A stretch of 24,784 bases of DNA from a bacterium. GTDB taxonomy: Bacteria; UBA8248. Of the stretch, positions 1 through 9,149 are shown piece after piece; position 1 is the stretch's first letter, and every line of letters begins with the position of its first letter. Position numbers and translations under genes: made by a program. The stretch spans positions 1 through 24,784 of the forward strand of contig CBDBZY010000006.1 of assembly GCA_965213685.1 (NCBI GenBank), read 5' to 3'. The notes under the pieces were generated by a model. That model ran no database searches and was not told the origin of the DNA. It saw only the letters and a list, made by a program, of their open reading frames with translations.

Positions 1-30
1 ACGGTCCCCCTCTCTCCTGAAACGAAACTC

Positions 31-388
31 CTAATGAGCGCTTTGCTCCCTGGCCGCATCCGGCCCCTCCTGCACCAGATTCACGTTCCAGAACGGCACC
101 TGCACCTCGATGACCTCGTCGGCCTCCCTCTCCAGCGTCGCCTGGCACGCCAGACGGCTGTCGAGGTCGACGTCGCGCGCGTCGTCGAGCTGATCCTCCT
201 CGTCCTCGGTGGATTCGTTGAAGAGGTCCGAGCCGGTGCGGATTTTCACGTGGCACGTAGAGCAAGCGCAGACGCCGCCGCAGGCGTGGTCCAGGCCGAC
301 GCCGTTTTCAAGGGCCGCTTCGAGAATGTTTCTCCCCCACATGAATGTCGATGGTCTGCTTCTCGTCGATGAAATGAAGTCTCGCCAT
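31..388 (-). CDS. fdx: ISC-type [2Fe-2S] ferredoxin, with an apparent one-base insertion at ~329-331
   Basis: The 31..342 frame has HACGGVCACSTCHV and SRLACQ (adrenodoxin-type Cys pattern). The natural N-terminus MARLHFIDEKQTIDIHVGE starts at ATG 388 in another frame; removing one A from GAGAAACATT joins the two. Follows hscA. Confidence 0.92.
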
Positions 389-423
389 TTTTTCCCTCTG
401 CGTTTCGCGGCCCGCCCGCGATT

Positions 424-2259
424 TTAATCCTTGAGAACTTCGCCCACCCTCTTGTTTTCCAGGGCCGATTTCAGCACGCTGTCCATCATCCGCTCGGCGA
501 GCGGCATCGTGACGCCGTTGAGCGCGTCGATCATCTCCCGAATCAGGCCCGGCTCCTCCCCCCGGCACGCCTCCTCCAGGCGCCGCACCGCCTCCTGGAT
601 TCTCCGGCGCTCGCCGGAGGGGACCGCATCCTCCCCGTAATCGTCCAGGGCGCGCGCCGTGGCCATGAGGATGGTTTCCGCCTCGCTCCTGGCCTCCAGA
701 ATCTGGCGGGAGAGAACGTCCTGCTCCGCGTGCTCGAAGGATTCCATCAGCATGCGCTCGACCTGCGCATCCGTCAGCCCGTAGGAGGGCTGCACCTCCA
801 CCGAGGCCGCCTTGCCGCTCCGCAAGTCCCGGGCCGTCACGTTCAGGATGCCGTTGGCGTCCAGCAAAAACGTCACCTCCACCCGGGCGAGGCCGGCCGG
901 GGCGGGGGCTATCGCCAGGCGAAACCGCGCGAGCGAGCGGTTGTCCTTCGTCAGCTCGCGCTCCCCCTGGAGCACGTGAACGTCCACGCCGGTCTGGTTG
1001 TCCTTGAACGTGGTGTAGGTCTCCCTGGCGCTCGTGGGAATGGTCGTGTTCCGGGGGATGATCCACCCCATGGTGCCGCCCACGGTCTCGATGCCCAAAG
1101 AAAGGGGCGTCACGTCGAGCAGCAGCATGTCCTTGCGCCCGCCCGCCAGGATGTCCGCCTGCACGGCGGCGCCGAGGGCCACCACCTCGTCGGGGTCGAT
1201 GTCCGCATGGGGCTGCTTCCCGAACAGCTCGGCCACCATCCGGCGGATGAGGGGCATGCGGGTCGCGCCGCCCACCAGGACGACCTCGTCCACCCCCCCG
1301 GGCGTGAGGCCCGCATCCTCCAGGGCGCGCCTGCAGGGCGCCTGCGTCCGCGCGGCCAGCGGCGCGAGGAGCGCCTCCATCTCCGCGCGGGAGAGGCTCC
1401 CCGCGTGGGAGAGCGCGACGCCGCCCGGGCTGTCGAGTTCATACGCCGCCGACTCGCTCTCCGAGAGCGTTTTCTTGACCCGTTCCGCCAGGAGCGCGAG
1501 TTCGGCCAGCGCCTCGGGGATTTCGCCCAGATTCACGCCGCACTCCCTCCGGATTTCCTCCTGGATGCGGAGGGAGATCGCGCGGTCGAAATCATCCCCG
1601 CCCAGATGGGTGTCCCCCCCGGTGGAGAGCACCTCGAATACGCCGTCCCTGATTCTCAGGATGGAGACGTCAAACGTCCCGCCGCCCAGGTCATACACCG
1701 CGATGACGCCGCGATTCCGCTCGTGCAGGCCATAGGCCAGGGAAGCGGCCGTGGGCTCGTTGATGATGCGAAGCACCTCGAGGCCCGCCAGCCTGCCGGC
1801 GTCTTTCGTCGCCTGGCGCTGCGCGTCGTTGAAATACGCCGGAACGGTGATCACCGCCCGGAGCACGGGATGGCCGAGGACTTTCTCCGCCCGGGACTTC
1901 AGGTGCCGCAGCAGCAGCGCGCTGATCTCGGGCGCGCTGTAGGAGCGCCCGCGCGCCAGCACGTGAACGGATTCCTCCTCCCGGGGGTCCGCCTCGAAGG
2001 GCAGGTGGCGCATCTCGTCCCGAACGTCCCGGTAGCCCCTGCCCATGAACCGTTTGATGGAAAAGACGACGTTTCGGCTGTTGGAGACGCGATCCGCCTG
2101 CGCCCCGTCGCCGATCAGGACGCGGTCGGAGCGAAAGCTCACCACGGAGGGCACGATGCCGCGCTCGCCCTCCGGAGCGAGGATTCTCGGCTCGCCCCGC
2201 ACGACAGAGGCGACCAAGCTGTTCGTCGTGCCCAGGTCGATTCCGATGATCTCGTTCAT
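424..2259 (-). CDS. hscA: Fe-S protein assembly chaperone HscA (Hsp70 family)
   Basis: [39 protein letters not shown] and [10 protein letters not shown] motifs; lies between hscB and fdx. ATG 2259 overlaps the hscB stop (ATGA). Confidence 0.95.
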   Translation of the reverse strand: MNEIIGIDLGTTNSLVASVVRGEPRILAPEGERGIVPSVVSFRSDRVLIGDGAQADRVSNSRNVVFSIKRFMGRGYRDVRDEMRHLPFEADPREEESVHVLARGRSYSAPEISALLLRHLKSRAEKVLGHPVLRAVITVPAYFNDAQRQATKDAGRLAGLEVLRIINEPTAASLAYGLHERNRGVIAVYDLGGGTFDVSILRIRDGVFEVLSTGGDTHLGGDDFDRAISLRIQEEIRRECGVNLGEIPEALAELALLAERVKKTLSESESAAYELDSPGGVALSHAGSLSRAEMEALLAPLAARTQAPCRRALEDAGLTPGGVDEVVLVGGATRMPLIRRMVAELFGKQPHADIDPDEVVALGAAVQADILAGGRKDMLLLDVTPLSLGIETVGGTMGWIIPRNTTIPTSARETYTTFKDNQTGVDVHVLQGERELTKDNRSLARFRLAIAPAPAGLARVEVTFLLDANGILNVTARDLRSGKAASVEVQPSYGLTDAQVERMLMESFEHAEQDVLSRQILEARSEAETILMATARALDDYGEDAVPSGERRRIQEAVRRLEEACRGEEPGLIREMIDALNGVTMPLAERMMDSVLKSALENKRVGEVLKD

Positions 2260-2897
2260 TCGCGCCTCTCCAGAGCGCACTTGAGGCTCGCGAGCGTGTT
2301 CTCGATGTAGTTTCTTTGCCCGAGGATCGAGCGCATCCTTCTCACGACCTCGGGCGGTGCGGGCGCGCCCCTAGCCAACGCCTCGTCCCAGGCGGCGCCC
2401 AGGCTGTCGAGCGCCGTGCGCTGGCCGTCGCGGAGTGCCGAGAAGCACTCCCGGGCCGCGTTGATGCGCCCGCGCAGCTCCTCGGACTCCTCCTCGTCCG
2501 TGCGGCACCGAAACTCCTCCGCCGCCTCCCGGGCCTCGAATATCTCCTCGAACAACTCCGGCGGCGGCTTCGCGTCGTTCTCCTCGAGCTTGCCGCTTTC
2601 GAGCTCCACGAGATACACCAAGCGCGCGACTGGCGCCCGGAGCGTCTGGTACGCCTCGTTGATGCGGGCGGTCGCGTCCAGGCTCCGGATTCGCACCGCG
2701 GCCGGCGCGTCCATGAAAAAATCGGGGTGGAGCTGTCGGTTCAGCTGATGAAACCTCGCCTCCAGCGCCTCGGGGTCGAGACCGAACTTTCGCGGAAAGC
2801 CCAGCAGCGCGAAATGGTCGATTTCCGCGGGGATCGTCCCTATCCCGCCGTCTTCCTCGAAGATGGAAAACGCTTCGCTTCTCGTCGCTTCGCTCAT
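2256..2897 (-). CDS. hscB: Fe-S assembly co-chaperone HscB (J-domain)
   Basis: DHFALLG...LHPDFF...INEAYQTL J-domain followed by an acidic helical C-domain; ISC synteny. Start taken at ATG 2897 (ORF is open to 2939). Confidence 0.92.
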   Translation of the reverse strand: MSEATRSEAFSIFEEDGGIGTIPAEIDHFALLGFPRKFGLDPEALEARFHQLNRQLHPDFFMDAPAAVRIRSLDATARINEAYQTLRAPVARLVYLVELESGKLEENDAKPPPELFEEIFEAREAAEEFRCRTDEEESEELRGRINAARECFSALRDGQRTALDSLGAAWDEALARGAPAPPEVVRRMRSILGQRNYIENTLASLKCALERRE

Positions 2898-3002
2898 CGC
2901 GCGATCCCAATGCCCGCGTGAACCGCCAGGCCTATCCACTCAAAAGAAAAACGCGTCGCTCTCCCGCAGTGCATGGGCGCGGCGCGTTTTGTCCCGATCC
3001 CG

Positions 3003-3359
3003 CTACGCGGAGAAGCTTTCCCCGCAACCACAGGACTGGCGGGCGTTGGGGTTTTTGAACGTAAAGCCCTGGCCCATCAGCCCGTCTTCAAAATCCAGCG
3101 TGGTGCCCGCCAGGAACAGGAGGCTCTTCTTGTCCACAACCACCCGGACGCCGTCTTTCTCGATCACCTCGTCCATCAACGGGTTGATGCGCTCCTCGCC
3201 CTCAAACTGCAGAACATAGGAAAGCCCGGAGCAGCCGCCGCCCTTCACGCCGACGCGAAGAACCTGGCCCCGCTTCCCCTCCTGCTCCATGAAGCGGTTC
3301 AGGTTGTCCACCGCCTTGGCGGTCACCTCCAGGCTTCGTTTTTTCATGGCCGTTTCCAT
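3003..3359 (-). CDS. iscA: A-type Fe-S carrier (IscA/HesB family)
   Basis: LRVGVKGGGCSGLSY and FKNPNARQSCGCGESF motifs. The start may instead be ATG 3347. Confidence 0.95.
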   Translation of the reverse strand: METAMKKRSLEVTAKAVDNLNRFMEQEGKRGQVLRVGVKGGGCSGLSYVLQFEGEERINPLMDEVIEKDGVRVVVDKKSLLFLAGTTLDFEDGLMGQGFTFKNPNARQSCGCGESFSA

Positions 3360-3392
3360 GTCCCGCGTCCCCCGCCGGCGAGTCGTCCGCCC

Positions 3393-3803
3393 CTAGTGAT
3401 GTCCCTTGCGCTCGACGACCGGCATCCCGTTTTTCTCGCGAAAGTCGTTCAGGGCGGTCTTGATGGCGTCCTCCGCCAACACGGAGCAGTGAATCTTCAC
3501 GGGCGGGAGGTTCAGCTCCTCGACGATCTGCGTGTTCTTGATCTCCTCGGCCTCGTCCACCGTCTTTCCCTTGAGCCACTCGGTGGCCAGCGAACTCGAA
3601 GCGATGGCGCTCCCGCAGCCGAAAGTCTTGAACCTCGCATCCTCGATGACGCCCCCGCCGCTCACCCTGATTTGCAGCTTCATCACGTCGCCGCACTCCG
3701 GTGCGCCCACGATGCCCGTGCCCACCGCCTGGTCGTTCTTGTTCAGCGAGCCGACGTTGCGGGGGTTGTTGTAGTGATCCACCACCTTATCGCTGTAAGC
3801 CAT
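3393..3803 (-). CDS. iscU: Fe-S cluster scaffold IscU
   Basis: MAYSDKVVDHYNNPRNVG, GAPECGDVM, FGCGSAIASSS and LPPVKIHCS (HscA-binding LPPVK); AGGAG-type RBS upstream of ATG 3803. Confidence 0.97.
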   Translation of the reverse strand: MAYSDKVVDHYNNPRNVGSLNKNDQAVGTGIVGAPECGDVMKLQIRVSGGGVIEDARFKTFGCGSAIASSSLATEWLKGKTVDEAEEIKNTQIVEELNLPPVKIHCSVLAEDAIKTALNDFREKNGMPVVERKGHH

Positions 3804-3877
3804 TTTCCCTGCTCTCCTTTTCCTGGGGTCTGCGAGCCTCCGGCTCTGTCTGACATGCGATGCGCGCGAATCGCCGT

Positions 3878-5098
3878 CTAATGCGATTGCCACTCCACCT
3901 TGGAGAGGTCGACGCCCTCTTTCACCATCTCATACAGCGGGCTCATCTCCCGAAGCCGGTTCACGATGTTCGTCGTCTTCTCGGCCACGTACTCCATCTC
4001 CTCCTCGGTGGAGAAGCGACCGAACCCGAAGCGGATCGAGGAATGGGCCAACTCATCGCCCCTGCCCATGGACTTGAGCACATAGCTCGGCTCCAGGCTC
4101 GCCGAGGTGCAGGCGGAGCCGGAGGACACGGCCACGTCGCTCAGCCCCATGATGAGCGATTCGCCCTCCACGTAGGGGAAGCTCAGGTTCAGGTTGCCCG
4201 CGAGGCGCCTGGTCTCGTGGCCGTTCACGTACACCTCCTCGAGGCTCTCGAACATGATGGACTTGAACCTGTCGCGCAGGTTCGTCAGGCGAACGTTCTC
4301 CTCCTCCATCTCCTCCGCGCACAGCTCCGCCGCCCGGGCGAAGCCGACGATGCCGGAGACGTTCAGCGTGCCGGAGCGCATCCCCCGCTCATGGCCGCCG
4401 CCGTCCATGATGGCGGAGAGGCGAACGCGCGGCCTGCGCCTGCGCACGTAAATCAGCCCCACGCCCTTGGGCCCGTAGATTTTATGGGCGGAGGCGGAGA
4501 GCAGGTCGATGTTCATCTCGTTCACGTCGATGGGAATCTTGCCATACCCCTGCGTGGCGTCCGTGTGGAAGAGGACGCCCCGCCCGCGGCACAACGCCCC
4601 GATCTCGGCGATGGGGTTCAGAACGCCGACCTCGTTGTTCGCCGCCATGATGGAGACGAGGATGGTGTCGTCGCGCAGGGCGGCCTCGACCATCTCCGCC
4701 GTCGTGATGCCGTCCTCGGGAGGCTCGATGTAGGTGACGTCGAACCCCCAGGTCTCGAGGCGCTTGGCGGAGTCGATGACGGCCTTGTGCTCGATCGCCG
4801 AGGTGACGATGTGGTTGCCCTTCTTCTTGTACATCTCGGCCACGCCCTTGAGCGCCATGTTGTCCGACTCGGTGGCCCCGCTCGTGAAGATGATCTCGCG
4901 CGGGTCCGCCCCGATGAGGCCGGCGAGCTTCTCCCTGGAGTCGTCCACGGCCTTCTCCGCCTCCCAGCCGTAGCTGTGGTTGCGGCTCGCGGCGTTGCCG
5001 AACTTCTCGCCAAAATAGGGGAGCATCTCCTCCAGCACCCGGGGGTCCATGGGCGTCGTTGCCTGGTAATCCATATAAATGGGGAACTTCAGGGTCAT
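3878..5098 (-). CDS. iscS: Cysteine desulfurase IscS (group I, PLP-dependent)
   Basis: [20 protein letters not shown] (PLP Lys), SSGSACTS (catalytic Cys) and SPLYEM C-terminus. ATG 5098 overlaps the upstream stop (ATGA). Confidence 0.97.
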   Translation of the reverse strand: MTLKFPIYMDYQATTPMDPRVLEEMLPYFGEKFGNAASRNHSYGWEAEKAVDDSREKLAGLIGADPREIIFTSGATESDNMALKGVAEMYKKKGNHIVTSAIEHKAVIDSAKRLETWGFDVTYIEPPEDGITTAEMVEAALRDDTILVSIMAANNEVGVLNPIAEIGALCRGRGVLFHTDATQGYGKIPIDVNEMNIDLLSASAHKIYGPKGVGLIYVRRRRPRVRLSAIMDGGGHERGMRSGTLNVSGIVGFARAAELCAEEMEEENVRLTNLRDRFKSIMFESLEEVYVNGHETRRLAGNLNLSFPYVEGESLIMGLSDVAVSSGSACTSASLEPSYVLKSMGRGDELAHSSIRFGFGRFSTEEEMEYVAEKTTNIVNRLREMSPLYEMVKEGVDLSKVEWQSH

Positions 5099-5520
5099 CT
5101 CGTCTCTCCTGCAGGCGTACCCACCATGTCCTGGAGGGTCATGCCCTCCAGCACGTCGGTCACCTTTCTCTGGATCCTTTCCATGGGATAAAAAATGGTG
5201 CACCTCTCGAATTGTTCGCACCCTGTGGCGTCGCCGGCCTGGCAGACCGCCATGGCGATGGGCCCCTCGATGGCCCGAATCACCTCCGCCACCGAAACGG
5301 ACTCCGGCCGGCGCGAGAGCACATAGCCTCCCTTGGGCCCGTTTCTGGACTCCACGATTCCGTTTTTGGCGAGCAGCTGCATCGTCTTCGCCAGCAATTC
5401 GGCGGGAATGCCGAACCGGGCGGCGATGGCCCTGGAGGTAACCGCCCCGCCCTCTTCCTGCTCCGCGAGGTAGGACAGCGCCATCAGGCCGTAATCCGTG
5501 CGCTTGGCGATCGCAAACAA
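5095..5520 (-). CDS. iscR: Rrf2-family Fe-S transcriptional regulator (IscR-like)
   Basis: TTG start; [16 protein letters not shown] wing and VIRAIEG; three C-terminal Cys (C-x7-C-x5-C); first gene of the isc operon. Confidence 0.85.
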   Translation of the reverse strand: MFAIAKRTDYGLMALSYLAEQEEGGAVTSRAIAARFGIPAELLAKTMQLLAKNGIVESRNGPKGGYVLSRRPESVSVAEVIRAIEGPIAMAVCQAGDATGCEQFERCTIFYPMERIQRKVTDVLEGMTLQDMVGTPAGETR

Positions 5521-5587
5521 TTTCTTTACCGCCTTGAGTTATGCCGGGTTATAAACGAGCACCCATGAGCCAAATGCGACCCAAACA

Positions 5588-5612
5588 ATCGCCGACCCAT
5601 CTAGTCGGATAT
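5588..5612. promoter_or_regulatory. Putative IscR type-1-like operator
   Basis: 25-bp imperfect palindrome ATCGCCGACCCATCTAGTCGGATAT (CCGAC-N7-GTCGG), resembling the IscR type-1 consensus ATASYYGACTRWWWYAGTCRRSTAT, directly upstream of the Rrf2 gene. Confidence 0.75.
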
Positions 5613-5638
5613 ATATACCCGAAACGAATTCCTGTCAA
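5610..5638 (-). promoter_or_regulatory. Putative sigma70 promoter of the isc operon
   Basis: Minus strand: perfect TTGACA (5638-5633), 17-nt spacer, TATATA (5615-5610), in an AT-rich patch. Confidence 0.65.
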
Positions 5639-5754
5639 CCGGCCGAAGCGCAAACACATTTCGGCACCTTCCGGAGCCGGGGCCGCCCGTGTGGGCGTCG
5701 AACGGGGAGCGATTCGCCGCGCGCCGAAGGCGGGGGTTGCGCGCGCGGGTGCGC

Positions 5755-6927
5755 CTAATTCTCCCCGGGCGGAAGGAGCGTCCATTCGCCCTTCTGGATG
5801 CGAACCAGCGCCAGGGAATCCGGCCGCAGCCCGCTGTGATCGGTTCTGGAGAAATGGTAGCTCCCGTTCAGCCCCAAAAAATCCTGCGTCCCCTCGACGC
5901 CGGAGGGGATGCGCGCCCGATGCACGCCCACGCCCCGCGCCGTCCACGCCAGGAGGCGCAGCGCGTCCGCAGCCGCAGCCGCCGTCTCGCCCGGCGCGCT
6001 CCTGTATTTCTTCCGGTATTCGGCCCGAAACGCCATCACCTCCCCTTTGGCGGGGTGCGACGCCTCCAGGAGATGGCCCGCCGCGAGCCACGAGGCGGGA
6101 AACGTCACGCCCTCGGCGGCGCGGCCTCCGCGCCTGGGGCCGAACAGCCCGGGGGACGCGCGGGAAACATAGAGCGGCGTCTTGAGGTTCAGCGCCCTGC
6201 GGGTGCGCACCAGGTCCAGGCGGGAGACGCCCCGCGCCCAATGCACCAGGCCCCCGACGCCGCGCATGGAGGAGCGCTCCAGGAAGGGCAAAAAGTTGTG
6301 CGCGTCCGGCTTGAACGATTCGTTGAGCAGTATGGAGACGCCGAAGTCCGGCGCGAGTGCGGTGATTTGCTCCCGACCCTCCGAGCCGTAGCCATCCGCC
6401 GAGGCCAGGATCGCCAGGCGCCTGATCCCCCGCCCCTTCAGGTGCCCCAATATCCGCCGGGCGGGCAGCGACGCCGGGCGGGCGGTGGAGAACACCCATC
6501 GAAGCGTCGGAACGAGAATCTCCTCGGGGGCGGACAGCGAAAAGATGGGCACCCTCTCCCTCTCCGCCGCCTGCGCGGCGGCGATCGCGGCGTAATGCCG
6601 CACAGGACCGATGACGGCGACGGCCTTGTGCTCCCGCGCGAGTTTGCGAACGGCCGCCGCCGCCGCGCGCGGACTCCCCCTCGTGTCGAAGGTGAGGAAC
6701 AACACGCGCCGGCCGGCGATTCCCCTGCGGTTGATCCGCTCCCTCTCCAGCAAAAGCGCGTTGCGCGCCTCCTCTCCCGAGGCCTTGCCGGCTCCCGAGA
6801 GGTCCAGCACCACGCCGACGGCGATGCGGCCCGGCGGTGCCGCCTCCGCGATTCGCGCGCCGGCGCAGCAAAAAACCAGCAGCAGCGCCCATCGTATGCG
6901 ACATCGGTTTTTGATCGCCGCGCTCAT
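5755..6927 (-). CDS. Periplasmic substrate-binding protein, branched-chain amino acid/LivK (type 1 PBP) family
   Basis: Signal peptide; IAVGVVLDLSGAGKASG, INRRGIAGRRV, AVIGP, WVF, DGYG and FLGLNGSYHFSRTDHSG follow the family pattern. No permease or ATPase adjacent. Confidence 0.85.
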   Translation of the reverse strand: MSAAIKNRCRIRWALLLVFCCAGARIAEAAPPGRIAVGVVLDLSGAGKASGEEARNALLLERERINRRGIAGRRVLFLTFDTRGSPRAAAAAVRKLAREHKAVAVIGPVRHYAAIAAAQAAERERVPIFSLSAPEEILVPTLRWVFSTARPASLPARRILGHLKGRGIRRLAILASADGYGSEGREQITALAPDFGVSILLNESFKPDAHNFLPFLERSSMRGVGGLVHWARGVSRLDLVRTRRALNLKTPLYVSRASPGLFGPRRGGRAAEGVTFPASWLAAGHLLEASHPAKGEVMAFRAEYRKKYRSAPGETAAAAADALRLLAWTARGVGVHRARIPSGVEGTQDFLGLNGSYHFSRTDHSGLRPDSLALVRIQKGEWTLLPPGEN

Positions 6928-7010
6928 GCTCTATGATTCCATCTCGAAGCAGGGACGCCACGTCTCAGGGGAAGCTCCCCGTATACGCTAGATAACGACT
7001 GGCCTGTTGC

Positions 7011-8162
7011 ATGTCAAACAAACCGAAGCGCGCGGCCTTGAGTCCCCGGCTCGCCCCATCGGAGCGGAGGCGATTCCGCAAGCGCCTCCTGGGGTGGTAT
7101 GACCGCGAAAAAAGAGACCTCCCCTGGCGCGGCGAGAAAGACCCGTACCGCATCTGGGTGTCCGAGGCGATGCTCCAGCAAACCCGGGCGGAGACCGTCC
7201 GGGGCCGCTACCCCGCCTTCATCGGGCGGTTTCCCACCCTGGCCGCCCTGGCCGACGCGCCGCTCGATTCCGTGCTGGCCGAGTGGCAGGGACTCGGCTA
7301 TTACAGCCGCGCGAGAAACCTCCACCGCGCCGCGCGGGAGGTGACGAGCCGCGGCGGGGGGGAGCTGCCCGGAACGCGCGACGCGCTGCTGGCGCTCCCG
7401 GGCGTCGGTCCCTACATGGCGGGGGCTATCGCCAGCATCGCCTTCGGGGAGCGATGCGCGGCCATTGACGCGAACGTCCTGCGCGTCATGAGCCGCATCC
7501 TCCACCTCGCGATCCCCGTCGCCTCCCCCCTCGCCCAGAAAATCGTTCGCGCCGAGGCGCAGGCGCTGGTTCCGCCGTCGCGGCCCGGAGACTTCAACCA
7601 GGCGCTGATGGAGCTGGGCGCCCGGGTGTGTGCCCCCCGAGCCCCGGATTGCGCAGGATGTCCCGTGCGCGGCTTGTGCGCGGGCCTCCGGGCGGGCGTC
7701 CAGGACGCCCTGCCGGTGAAGACGCCGAAAAAGCCGCCCGCGCCGGTCACCCTCTTTCAGTTCTGGGCGCAGCGAAACGGATTGCTTCTCCTGGCGCAAA
7801 GAGCGGAAAGCGGTCTTTGGGGCGGCATGTGGGAGCTGCCCGGCTTCATGGAGGACGGCCACCTTCGGAACGTGGACCCGGGACGGCTCCGCGCGGGGTG
7901 CGCGGAGGCACTCGGCGGGGGGTGGAGGCCTCGGCGCGAGCTCGCCCGCGTTCAAAGAACGCTCACGCACAGAAAGGTTCTGTTCGTCGTCTATCAAGCG
8001 GAGAATCCCGACGGGGCGGGGCTGCGAACGCACGGGGGCGGCCGCGTCTGGGCGTCGGAGGAGGAGGTCGGCGCCCTGCCCATCTCCTCGGCCCAGCGCG
8101 CCGCGTGGCGCGCGGCCAAAGACGCGCTTCGCGCCGCCGAAGAAAACCCGGGCGGGGGATAG
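7011..8162 (+). CDS. mutY: A/G-specific adenine DNA glycosylase MutY
   Basis: RDLPWR, PYRIWVSEAMLQQT, WQGLGYYSRARNL, HhH motif LPGVGPY, IDANV, [4Fe-4S] motif C-x6-C-x2-C-x5-C and a C-terminal MutT-like domain (GLWGGMWELP, LTH). Confidence 0.96.
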   Translation: MSNKPKRAALSPRLAPSERRRFRKRLLGWYDREKRDLPWRGEKDPYRIWVSEAMLQQTRAETVRGRYPAFIGRFPTLAALADAPLDSVLAEWQGLGYYSRARNLHRAAREVTSRGGGELPGTRDALLALPGVGPYMAGAIASIAFGERCAAIDANVLRVMSRILHLAIPVASPLAQKIVRAEAQALVPPSRPGDFNQALMELGARVCAPRAPDCAGCPVRGLCAGLRAGVQDALPVKTPKKPPAPVTLFQFWAQRNGLLLLAQRAESGLWGGMWELPGFMEDGHLRNVDPGRLRAGCAEALGGGWRPRRELARVQRTLTHRKVLFVVYQAENPDGAGLRTHGGGRVWASEEEVGALPISSAQRAAWRAAKDALRAAEENPGGG

Positions 8163-8206
8163 CGGAGCGCGCCCCCTCTGTCCTCCGCCCTGCGCACCGC
8201 TCCCGT

Positions 8207-9115
8207 TCAGGCCGCGCCGCCGAAGCGCTCTTCGAGATAATCCTCCAGCGTCCTCGGGCGAAGCCCGAAGGTCTCCTTCAGGGGCGCCGGGTCGCAGACG
8301 TTGTCCTCGCCCAGCATGGTGATCTGATCCTCCGTGAAGGGCGGCTTCATCGGAAGCAGATGGAACGCCTTGGCCTGCAGGCGCGCGATGGGGACGGGCA
8401 GGCGCAAGAGCAGCCTCTTCTTGCCCATCGCCGCCAGCAGCATGGCGAGGATGTCCCGTATCGCGTATGCGGCGTCCCCGCCCATGTCGTAGGTCCGCCC
8501 GACGGTCTCGGGCATAGACAGGCACTGCGCGAAGCAGCGGCACACGTCCTCCACCCAGATGGGCTGGAGCCTCCCCTCGCCTGAGCCGATGACGGGAAGG
8601 GCGGGGGCGAGGCGCGCAATGCGCGCGAACGCGTTCAAAAACTCGTCGTTCTCCCCGAAAACGATGGAGGGCCGGAATATCGTCCAATCCAGGGCGCTCT
8701 CGCGAACAAACCGCTCGGCCGCGAATTTCGTCTTGTGATACCGGGCGACGGCGTCCTCCCTCGTGCCCAGGGCGCTCATGTGCACGAAGCGCTTCACCCC
8801 CGCCCGCTCGGCGGCGGCAACCACCCGGCGCGTGCCCTCCGCATGAACCGCCTCGAAGCCGGGCGTTCCCTTCTCGATGATGATGCCCACCAGGTGGATG
8901 ACGGCATCCTGTTTTTTCATCAGCTCGGCGAGCTGCTCCACCGAATAGGCGGTGATGTCGCCCCGCACGGGATAGACGCCGCCCATCGAGGCGATGCGCT
9001 GCCTCGCGGGCTCGGGGTCGCGGCAGAGCATTCTCGTTTCGTGGCCCTCCAGCGACAAAAGGGAAAGAAGCGCGCTGCCGATGTATCCTGTTCCGCCCGT
9101 CAGAAAAACTTTCAT
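8207..9115 (-). CDS. NAD(P)-dependent atypical SDR, complex I NDUFA9-like family
   Basis: VFLTGGTGYIG Rossmann motif, VIHLVGII, HMSALG, YHKTK, FRPSIVFG and LQPIWVEDV; GGAGGG RBS. Confidence 0.88.
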   Translation of the reverse strand: MKVFLTGGTGYIGSALLSLLSLEGHETRMLCRDPEPARQRIASMGGVYPVRGDITAYSVEQLAELMKKQDAVIHLVGIIIEKGTPGFEAVHAEGTRRVVAAAERAGVKRFVHMSALGTREDAVARYHKTKFAAERFVRESALDWTIFRPSIVFGENDEFLNAFARIARLAPALPVIGSGEGRLQPIWVEDVCRCFAQCLSMPETVGRTYDMGGDAAYAIRDILAMLLAAMGKKRLLLRLPVPIARLQAKAFHLLPMKPPFTEDQITMLGEDNVCDPAPLKETFGLRPRTLEDYLEERFGGAA

Positions 9116-9149
9116 GCCTCCCCTCCCCCGAGAAGCAGGATGAACCCGT

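Noticed and set aside
242-257. parS-like sequence ATTTTCACGTGGCACG near the origin
   Set aside because: Too many mismatches to TGTTTCACGTGAAACA, and explained by the conserved CHVK codons of ferredoxin.
3804-5221. Upstream-extended starts for iscU (3893) and iscS (5221)
   Set aside because: They overlap the neighbouring genes; conserved N-termini plus the RBS or ATGA coupling support 3803 and 5098.
5530-5560. Possible second Rrf2 operator (TTGAGTTATGCCGGGTTAT) near the iscR start
   Set aside because: Only weak half-site similarity and poor symmetry.
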